Shown: piece after piece, positions 1 to 6,928 of the stretch
Layout: each line of letters starts with the position of its first letter
Position numbering within the stretch: the stretch's first letter is position 1
Assembly: GCA_048939625.1 (NCBI GenBank)
Contig: JBHLPH010000036.1
Coordinates: 1 to 12,982 of the forward strand
Direction of reading: 5' to 3'
Length of the DNA stretch: 12,982 nucleotides
Source: Promethearchaeota archaeon
Lineage (GTDB): Archaea > Asgardarchaeota > Hermodarchaeia > Hermodarchaeales > Hermodarchaeaceae
Position numbers and translations under genes: made by a program
Notes under the pieces: model-generated
Told to the model about the DNA's origin: nothing
Databases searched by the model: none
What the model saw: only the letters and a program-made list of their open reading frames with translations

Positions 1-1508
1 AGTGAATAGTGGCTAGGTGCACCACAAATTCGACAGATTCGATAATGAATATTCCCGAGAACTGGTAAATCGAGACTTGGTGGAGGCGCAGAAAAGTCAG
101 GAGGAGACTCTCCAGGTGGAACAAAATAGGGTGGTGGGGGGTACTCTTCTTCATCAGCTGGAGGTGGGTGAATGTCAATGTAGGGTATAGGGGGTCCTGG
201 ATCGTATCCACACGCTAAGCATACTCGACAATACCAACAAGCTTGGATAGCTTCACATTGTGGATTCAAACATTGAATAAGGAAAGGTTCCATGCGGGGG
301 AGTGGATGTGAACAGTGAGGACATGCATCAGGAATGACTTCACTATCAGGCCAATCTGCGGGAGGCGGAATTTCAGGGGGACCGGGACTATATCCACAAT
401 TCATACAATGACGACAATACCAGCACGCCATCAACTCACGACATTCACGGCACTCAATCAGGTAAGGCGCTTTGAGAGGCAAAATAACTCCACAATTAGG
501 ACAGGGATCATGAAAGTGGTCATCAGGCCAAGGATCCTCGGGTTTAGGCCGTTCCCTTATCCCTCCACCAACGACGCCCTTTTGGATGTTGTCAAAATAG
601 TTCACACTGCCAATTTGCAAGTACCCGATTCGAGCCCACGCAAGTCCCATTGTCGTGAGAGCTATTTGTTCAGGCATAAGAGATAGTTCAACATAATTAT
701 CTATGTACCATTTCAGGAAGGCTTTACTAATCCATACCCATACACACTTTTTCTCATCAAGCCAATATTGCTGGGTATACACAGAAACGAAGACACTAAG
801 CAGTTGCCCCAGAAGTGTTCCAATGGGGCCTGCCAATAATTTGCCGATTTTTTGGAATATGGTCTTTGTGGCTGTTGTTTCGGTGATGATTTTACTTATC
901 TCTTCGTTGATTTGAAGATGAATGAGGTCAGTTCCTGCTTTTGTCCAATTTTTTGAAGTGTCAATGTCATAATGTTCTCGATCTGGGTGGGCATATCTGG
1001 TGTGGGGAGGGAATCGAAATTGGAGCCCATCCCAGCTTTTCACTTCGGGTAAGTAGTCGTGGGGTTGAGCAAATGCTATGGGCGCGGTGTGTCGAATATC
1101 TGTGATGATAACATCCATTTGATTTGAAGCCGCCTGATTCAATTGCGCAAGAAGCCGATTTGGTAAGTTCTTATTGGCAAGTTTCACAAATAAAAAGCGA
1201 TCCTTGATGGTCCTAATATCATGAGCATAGAGAAAGAGTCCTAAATCCAAACCAATTCCTTTGACTTCTTTAGCGAGGGGCAATACGGAGATTGTAGCCT
1301 GCTTAATGAATTCGGGTCCAAGAGTTTGGGCAATAAACTTTGAGATAGTCAACTCTGAACTAGGTCGCCCCACTTGACGATAGATTGATTGGACATCCAT
1401 TTGGGCAACATCATCGATATTCCGGATTCTACGTTTATACAGTGCCTTAGCGGTTTTAGATCCAATTCCCCATAGTTTCTGTAATAGAATTTTTGATGGT
1501 ATTGTCAA
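1..1508 (-). CDS. Multidomain hypothetical protein (>=502 aa, 3' end outside window): two helix-hairpin-helix-like modules, central domain with hydrophobic segment, tandem Cys8 zinc-binding repeats, Pro-rich linkers
   Basis: Manual translation: no stop from TTG 1508 (or GTG 1511; GGAG just upstream) to the window edge. Starts LTIPSKILLQKLWGIGSKTAKALYKRRIRNIDDVAQMD; second module EVKGIGLDLGLFLYAHDIRTIKD; central GKLLAGPIGTLLGQLLSVFVSV; then DPCPNC..CREC..CWYCRHCMNCGYSPGPP and DACPHC..CLNPQC..CWYCRVCLACGYDPGPP, then CRICG. Absent from the ORF track because the stop lies outside the window. Confidence 0.9.
   Translation of the reverse strand, partial: MTIPSKILLQKLWGIGSKTAKALYKRRIRNIDDVAQMDVQSIYRQVGRPSSELTISKFIAQTLGPEFIKQATISVLPLAKEVKGIGLDLGLFLYAHDIRTIKDRFLFVKLANKNLPNRLLAQLNQAASNQMDVIITDIRHTAPIAFAQPHDYLPEVKSWDGLQFRFPPHTRYAHPDREHYDIDTSKNWTKAGTDLIHLQINEEISKIITETTATKTIFQKIGKLLAGPIGTLLGQLLSVFVSVYTQQYWLDEKKCVWVWISKAFLKWYIDNYVELSLMPEQIALTTMGLAWARIGYLQIGSVNYFDNIQKGVVGGGIRERPKPEDPWPDDHFHDPCPNCGVILPLKAPYLIECRECRELMACWYCRHCMNCGYSPGPPEIPPPADWPDSEVIPDACPHCSHPLPRMEPFLIQCLNPQCEAIQACWYCRVCLACGYDPGPPIPYIDIHPPPADEEEYPPPPYFVPPGESPPDFSAPPPSLDLPVLGNIHYRICRICGAPSHYS
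189..509 (-). repeat. Two intragenic protein-level repeats of 45-47 aa with 8 Cys each (375-509 and 189-329)
   Basis: Shared pattern D-x-CPxC-x3-LP-x3-P[YF]LI-x-C-x2/4-C-x4-ACWYCR-x-C-x2-CGY-x-PGPP read from the minus-strand translation. Confidence 0.85.
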
Positions 1509-1964
1509 CACACTCCAATTGCTATTCTCGACTTTCGATACGGTGAATTAAATAGGTCTAGGGTTTCGAAGAAAAAACAGGTCGAGACGCATTATCTAAG
1601 TGAATAGAAGGCTAAGATCCTTTTTTTGACGAAATAGTATCATGAAATTACTGAAAAGACGGTTTTTAGCCCCTCTCCAAATAGAGAAGTCTGAACCCTT
1701 TCGTCAAAAAGAAAGAAACATGTACTATTTTTTTATCTTTGAACTAATTTCGAAAGAGAAAGCTTCTTTGATACTTAAATCTCTGATAAATTCCGTCCTC
1801 GTCAGTCTGTTGTTAGAAGTTTTGAATTAGATTTTCACGACATTTCGATTGAAAGAGGAGACGGAATCTGCCTTGTGGCTAACGCCACCCTCAATCAGCT
1901 TCTTCGATGAGCTTTTCACATATCGCGGACTCGGTGACAACAACCATCGACTTGCCTATGTGGT

Positions 1965-2177
1965 TTGGAGGGAGCAACTCATGGAAGAATTTTGACGGAT
2001 ACAAACAACACATCGATAGCGTCCAAAGTGCTTTATCGTAACGGAATCAGGACTATCGACGATGTAAAAAAAGTGGACATCCTAGAAGCTTCACGATTTT
2101 CGAATCGCCCAGTTGATGAACTGAAAATCTCACAATTTATTGTACAGAAACTTAGCCTGTTATTGGAATCTAGTTAG
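1965..2177 (+). pseudogene. Short ORF or gene remnant paralogous to the N-terminal HhH module of the 1-1508 protein
   Basis: VLYRNGIRTIDDVKKVDILEASRFSNRPVDELKISQFIVQKL (2028-2153) aligns ungapped with ALYKRRIRNIDDVAQMDVQSIYRQVGRPSSELTISKFIAQTL, 20/42 identical by hand count. It lacks the GIG hairpin and has a weak TTG start. Confidence 0.6.
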
Positions 2178-2318
2178 ATGATGTGGTTTTGGGGATATAT
2201 TACACCCTGTTTTACCCAATTCCATCCAGATTTAATCCATTTTCCTTCCTACCATGGAACCATAGTTTTATTACTCGATCAGAAGTGAAGAAGATCACTC
2301 ACAATCGGAGGTAAGTGA

Positions 2319-2849
2319 ATGGATCTAATAATTGCACGTCTTGATCCAGAAACCTTTCTCGAATTATATTTTAGAAGTATTCATTCAGTGTACAAAGCAT
2401 TCTGTTGGGTTTGGTTTATAGGTCCTATTTACCGCCCAGAGGATTGGAATGATGCCGGAGTAATTCAATACAATAATAACTGCTATAATTATGCCTGTAA
2501 CAAGCGTACAGACACCTTTGCTCAACCTGGAAGGGCTAGTGGAAACATGTATCAATCCTTACAATGCAATGAAGTCAAAGAGGGAGCAATCTCTGATGGA
2601 CTGAAAGCTGCGGAGACCTGTGGCCCTTGTTGCCATAAAGTGGCATTATTTGTATGGCCAGGTGTTGACTACCATTGGTATCGCCAGGATCATGGAGGTA
2701 TGTGGTCACACAAACCAGGACAAACGAGAGCAACTAACCTCGACAATGATAACAACCCCATCGATGACCCAAGAGACGCAAATCGTGGAGGCTACACAGA
2801 CTTCTGTGGATTCTTCTGTGTCTGTAGGGATAAGGTGACAATTCAATAG
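2319..2849 (+). CDS. Putative papain-like fold cysteine hydrolase/peptidase (NNCYNYA ... DYHWYRQD ... WSHKPG type), Cys-rich
   Basis: 176-aa ORF with GGAGGT RBS at 2308-2313. Candidate catalytic Cys in NNCYNYA, His in DYHWYR and a WSHKPG motif. Family assignment is from motif recall, not a search. Confidence 0.75.
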   Translation: MDLIIARLDPETFLELYFRSIHSVYKAFCWVWFIGPIYRPEDWNDAGVIQYNNNCYNYACNKRTDTFAQPGRASGNMYQSLQCNEVKEGAISDGLKAAETCGPCCHKVALFVWPGVDYHWYRQDHGGMWSHKPGQTRATNLDNDNNPIDDPRDANRGGYTDFCGFFCVCRDKVTIQ

Positions 2850-2863
2850 ATGGAGTGAGAAAC

Positions 2864-3244
2864 ATGGAAGGAAAAAAGGAAAGAATACCTGATGGCGTTC
2901 AGATTGTTGTCGATGTCTACTCTGGAAGACCTAATCCCGTGCTGAATTGCTCGGAGTCTGACATGGAAGAAATAAGAGAGCGTTTAAAGGATCTAAAGCC
3001 AGCAAAGCCAAACGAGCCTGTCCGTCTTGGATATCGGGGTTTTCTTATATTGAATACGGGACAAATCAAGGGAATTCCTGCACAAATGCGTGTATATGAT
3101 GGCGTTCTAGCAATTCTGACGGAAAAGGGAAAATTTCAGCATCATGCAGACACGAATCAACTTGAAAAATGGCTCATTCATCAGACACTCGAACTAAGTA
3201 AGAAACACAAACTTGGATTGGAGCAGATTCTTCCTAAGAAATAG
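2864..3244 (+). CDS. Conserved hypothetical protein (DVYSGRPNP ... LGYRGF motifs), probable partner of the upstream hydrolase
   Basis: ORF 14 nt after the upstream stop; GGAGTGA RBS before ATG 2864 (track start is GTG 2855); followed by a terminator-like hairpin. Confidence 0.8.
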   Translation: MEGKKERIPDGVQIVVDVYSGRPNPVLNCSESDMEEIRERLKDLKPAKPNEPVRLGYRGFLILNTGQIKGIPAQMRVYDGVLAILTEKGKFQHHADTNQLEKWLIHQTLELSKKHKLGLEQILPKK

Positions 3245-3276
3245 GGATCGACTAATACTTGGTAAATTCGCTTCAA

Positions 3277-3314
3277 AGGGTGGTTGCTATCAAGCAACAC
3301 CCTACACTCTTTTT
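3277..3314 (+). terminator. Hairpin plus T-tract after the two-gene unit
   Basis: AGGGTGGTTGCT-atca-AGCAACACCCT (11-bp stem, one bulge) followed by ACACTCTTTTT. Confidence 0.55.
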
Positions 3315-3530
3315 ATTCAATCAACCATTTTCCAAATGCTTTTCTCATTGGAGCCAGTACAATGAGGGTAAAGGTCAAAAAGAATCAATGTAAGATGTAG
3401 GTTTGACATTGTAAGAAGATGTAATGTAAGAAGAATCCCACGGCTCCTACTTCAGCATCTGGTTTACCTTCACAGAAATCACGCCAACTGGAAACCAAGT
3501 CACCCGCAAAGGCTGGACCCAACAGAAGCT

Positions 3531-3564
3531 GATTTTCCCCCAGTTCACTATCACGGGGAAAGTC
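3531..3564 (-). terminator. Stem-loop 25 nt downstream of porB (terminator or stability element)
   Basis: GATTTTCCCC (3531-3540) and GGGGAAAGTC (3555-3564) form a 10-bp inverted repeat with one mismatch. Confidence 0.35.
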
Positions 3565-3589
3565 GAATGGCGAAAGTAAGCTGAATTGC

Positions 3590-4570
3590 CTACATCTTAG
3601 CAAGCCGTTGAATAAACTCCCAATCCTCATCAACGAGATTCTGGAAATCCTTGAGCATCGCCTCTTGACGTGTCGGACGAAAGAGATGCCGGAACCGACC
3701 TTGGGGTTCCAACCATTCCTCAATCGGCTTCTTCTTCGACGGATCCTTTACATACCGCAAACTCGGTGATGACATGGTATATTCTCGAGTCTCACCATCG
3801 TACTCCCATAAGGGATTGAAACAAGTTTCTACCGCGAGTTTCGCCATTTTCATCCCCAGTTCCTCTGGATACCGCCAGTTCCGATGACAGGGGGCTAACA
3901 CAACAATTACCGCGGGACCCTGCTTCTCCATTCCCTTCCGCACTTTCATCATAAAGTCACGCCAATGATACACGGACGCTGTCGCACAATACGCTGGATC
4001 ATGCGCAGCATACACTAACGCTATGGGTTTCTTCCAGATGGGTTTTCCAGGAACAGCTTTTCCAACTTGGCTGGTCGTCGTCCACGCATATTTGGGGGTT
4101 GCACCAGAGCGTTGAATCCCAGTGTTCTGGTAGGCTTGGTTGTCGTAGATGATGTAGAGGAAGTTGTGGCGGCGTTCGATGGCGCCGCTGGCGGCTTGGA
4201 CGCCGATGTCGAATCCGCTGCCGTCGCCACTGAAGACGAGGAGATCAGGGATGTCGTCTTCGAGGCCTTGGCGTTTGCGGGCTTTGTAGGCGGCTTCGAT
4301 GCCGCTGGCGTTGGCGGGGGCGTTTTCGAAGAGGGAGTGCATCCAGGGGACGCGCCAAGCGGTGTAGGGGTAGATGGTGGAGGCGACTTCGAGGCAGCCG
4401 GTGGCTTGGCTGACGATGGTGTTGTGGGGTCGGGGGAGGGCGTGCATGGCCATGCGGGCCATAGAGCCGGCGGGGCAGCCGGCGCAGAGGCGTTGGCCAC
4501 TGGTGAAGAGTTCTTGTTGCTCAGCAATGTCTTTGAGGCGGGGTCGCCATTGGGGGGTTTCTTGGGTCAT
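3590..4570 (-). CDS. porB: Pyruvate/2-oxoacid:ferredoxin oxidoreductase beta subunit (TPP-binding)
   Basis: LCAGC, ATGCLEV, TPP motif GDG..DIG..YDNQAYQNTG, APC; last gene of a gamma-delta-alpha-beta operon. Confidence 0.95.
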   Translation of the reverse strand: MTQETPQWRPRLKDIAEQQELFTSGQRLCAGCPAGSMARMAMHALPRPHNTIVSQATGCLEVASTIYPYTAWRVPWMHSLFENAPANASGIEAAYKARKRQGLEDDIPDLLVFSGDGSGFDIGVQAASGAIERRHNFLYIIYDNQAYQNTGIQRSGATPKYAWTTTSQVGKAVPGKPIWKKPIALVYAAHDPAYCATASVYHWRDFMMKVRKGMEKQGPAVIVVLAPCHRNWRYPEELGMKMAKLAVETCFNPLWEYDGETREYTMSSPSLRYVKDPSKKKPIEEWLEPQGRFRHLFRPTRQEAMLKDFQNLVDEDWEFIQRLAKM

Positions 4571-4588
4571 GTTTCTTTTTCCTCCGGG

Positions 4589-5815
4589 TTATTTTCTCAC
4601 GGTGATGTATTTGATGGGATTACGTGGGACTTTACCCGTGTCCTTGATTTTGAGGAGTTCTTTGTAGATGGCGTTGAAGTGGTCGGGGGTTACGTCACGT
4701 CCGCCGAGTCCGCCGTAGTAGCCAAGGATGGTAGGGCGGGTGTCATGGTCGTAAAGAGCACTGCGCACCTCATTGAAGAGGGGACCACCGAGGCTACCGG
4801 TGGTATGGGTTCGCTCAAAGATGCCTAAGACAGGGACATCAGCGAGGAGTTTGGCAAGTTTTTTGTCGGGGAATGGGCGGAAAGTGCGGAGTTTGAGGAG
4901 ACCGACCTTCTTGCCTTGGGCGCGGAGTTGTCGGGCGACGAACCGTGCGGTGCCGGCTGAGCTGCCACTGGTAAGGATGACAGCGTCGGCGTCGTTAACT
5001 TTGAAGGGTTGGAGGTAGCCGTCGCCATATTTACGTCCTGTGAGTTGAGCCCATTCGTTGTTGATTTGGGTGATGACGGGGCGGGCTTTTTCCATGGCTT
5101 GGCTGTGTTGGAATTTGGATTCCATGTAATAGTCAAAAAGCTGGAGGGGTCCGATGGTGATGGGTGTTGTAGGATCGAGTTTGAGCGGGACTTGTTTACC
5201 GTCGATGGTGAGCATCATGGGTTGGCGGCGTCCGACGAATTTGTGGGCATCAGCTTCGTTGAGGAGGTAGACGTTTTCGAGGGTGTGCGTGAGGACGAAG
5301 CCGTCAAGCATGGTCATGACGGGGAGTTGGACATCGGGGTGTTCACCAATGCGGAAGGCTTGGAGGGTGGCGTCATAGGCTTCTTGTGAGTTTTCACAGT
5401 AGATCATGATCCAACCGGTGTCGCGTTGAGCGAGGGAGACGGTTTGGTCACCATGAATGTTGATGGGTCCGCTGGGTGAGCGGTCGGCGACGGCCATGAC
5501 GATGGGTTGGCGGATGCTGGAGGTGAGGAAGATGACTTCGTGCATGAGTTCAATGCCATTTGCGGCGCTGGCGGTAAAGGTGCGAGCCCCTGCGGCTGAA
5601 GCGCCAAGGCAAGCGCTGAGAGCACTGTGCTCAGATTCGACACGAACGAATTCAGTTTCAACTTCACCATTCGCGACAAATTCAGCGAATTTCTCTACAA
5701 TAATCGTTTGTGGGGTGATAGGGTATGCGGCGCAGACGTCAACGAGAGCATGTTTGGCTGCATAGGCGACTGCTTCGTCACCATTGATTCCCATGAGTTT
5801 TTGTTTAACAGGCAT
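4589..5815 (-). CDS. porA: Pyruvate/2-oxoacid:ferredoxin oxidoreductase alpha subunit
   Basis: GDEAVAYA, AYPITPQT, VESEHSA, RDTGWI, DGFVLTHT, RTFRPFP, GGLGGRDV. Start is ATG 5815 or GTG 5824 (the latter overlaps the porD stop). Confidence 0.95.
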   Translation of the reverse strand: MPVKQKLMGINGDEAVAYAAKHALVDVCAAYPITPQTIIVEKFAEFVANGEVETEFVRVESEHSALSACLGASAAGARTFTASAANGIELMHEVIFLTSSIRQPIVMAVADRSPSGPINIHGDQTVSLAQRDTGWIMIYCENSQEAYDATLQAFRIGEHPDVQLPVMTMLDGFVLTHTLENVYLLNEADAHKFVGRRQPMMLTIDGKQVPLKLDPTTPITIGPLQLFDYYMESKFQHSQAMEKARPVITQINNEWAQLTGRKYGDGYLQPFKVNDADAVILTSGSSAGTARFVARQLRAQGKKVGLLKLRTFRPFPDKKLAKLLADVPVLGIFERTHTTGSLGGPLFNEVRSALYDHDTRPTILGYYGGLGGRDVTPDHFNAIYKELLKIKDTGKVPRNPIKYITVRK

Positions 5816-5820
5816 GTGTC

Positions 5821-6093
5821 TCACTCATCTTTCATTTCGATGCATTTGACTGGGCATTCTTCGGCGCAAATGCCACAACCTTTGCAGTAGTTTAGGTCAA
5901 AGTGGATGTCTTTGCCATTCCAGCTGATTGCTGCATCGGGGCAGAAAATCCAGCAGGTGAGGCAGCGTGTGCATTTTTCTTCGTCACGGACTGGTCGTTT
6001 GCTACGCCAGTCTCCGGTTTTGTAATTGGTAGCGGGTTTCCAACACACTCCTGCGGCAGGGATGTCTTTTGATCCAGGTTGTTTTTCAGGCAT
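5821..6093 (-). CDS. porD: 2-oxoacid:ferredoxin oxidoreductase delta subunit, 2x[4Fe-4S]
   Basis: KTGDWRSKRP, CTRCLTCWIFCP and CKGCGICAEECP. ATG 6093 overlaps the porG end by 8 nt. Confidence 0.95.
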   Translation of the reverse strand: MPEKQPGSKDIPAAGVCWKPATNYKTGDWRSKRPVRDEEKCTRCLTCWIFCPDAAISWNGKDIHFDLNYCKGCGICAEECPVKCIEMKDE

Positions 6094-6655
6094 GCTTCTG
6101 CACCTCATTATACGCACGTTGGATGACGGTCACGTTTCGCTCACCAATACGGTCACCAAATTGCTCATTGACCTCTTTGAATAAGCTATCCAGTTTAACT
6201 AAACTGGTAGCACGAATTAACGCTCCTAACATGGCAGTGTTAGCAATGGGTCGTCCAATTATTTCGCGGGCGAGATCCGTTGCAGCAAGGGTCCAAACTT
6301 CACCTTTGAAACCCAGTTTTTTTGCAAGGGTCTTGGCATCTTCTCGAGTATTGACAATGAGTTTGGTCTTAGTATTAGTGCCCGCGACAATAGTGTCGGG
6401 CACTTGGGCAAGAAGTGTTGGATCAATGACCACGACATAGTCGGGTTCATACACTTTGCTGTGCAATTCGATTTCTTCGTTACTGATTCGAGCAAAGGCT
6501 TCAACGGGAGCCCCACTCCGTTCCGGTCCAAAAAAGGGGAAGGATTGTGCGTGTTTGCCTTCCATGATGGCGGCACGGGCTAGGAGGATTGACGCAGTCC
6601 ATGCTCCTTGGCCTCCTCGACCATGAATTCGAAGGTCAATAATTCGTTCCGTCAT
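6086..6655 (-). CDS. porG: 2-oxoacid:ferredoxin oxidoreductase gamma subunit
   Basis: RIHGRGGQG, FPFFGPERSGAPV, PDYVVVIDPTL, NTAMLGA. ATG 6655 is preceded by AGGTG (track start is GTG 6667). Confidence 0.95.
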   Translation of the reverse strand: MTERIIDLRIHGRGGQGAWTASILLARAAIMEGKHAQSFPFFGPERSGAPVEAFARISNEEIELHSKVYEPDYVVVIDPTLLAQVPDTIVAGTNTKTKLIVNTREDAKTLAKKLGFKGEVWTLAATDLAREIIGRPIANTAMLGALIRATSLVKLDSLFKEVNEQFGDRIGERNVTVIQRAYNEVQKHA

Positions 6656-6928
6656 GAGTGTAAACACCTGGGGTGATTTTATGAGCGAAATTCGCTTCGA
6701 TGGGGAGCTTCAGGTCTTTTATGCTTTGCTCATCTTGAGGAAAATCCAGTTACGACGATTCAGGCTAAAAGAATACGTCCAATATCAGGAAATGAGAAGC
6801 TTATCAGTCCATTCGAATACCGAAATATTTAGAAGCTTCTAGGCGTTTGTAGAGGCTGTCTAATTGAATAAAGCTTCGAATAAAGGGTGACGAGCCGCGT
6901 TTTACTTGGTAGCATTGGGTGATAGAGT

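Noticed and set aside
123-150. PPxY-like motif (EEYPPPPYF) in the Pro-rich region
   Set aside because: Easily arises by chance in Pro-rich sequence; no WW-domain or ESCRT partner in the window.
315-915. Plus-strand ORFs 315-686 and 703-915
   Set aside because: Antisense shadows of the long motif-rich minus-strand ORF.
1642-1995. ORF 1642-1830 and its in-frame continuation past TAG (possible readthrough or pseudogene)
   Set aside because: No RBS, no recognisable motif, AT-rich promoter-like sequence, and no pyrrolysine evidence.
3385-3723. 112-aa minus-strand ORF
   Set aside because: Overlaps the porB 3' end out of frame and runs through repeats and hairpins; no motif.
4021-5890. Many long alternative-frame and antisense ORFs over porA/porB (e.g. 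4067-4828 +, 4021-4527 -)
   Set aside because: By-products of the extreme C-ending codon bias, which removes stop codons from other frames.
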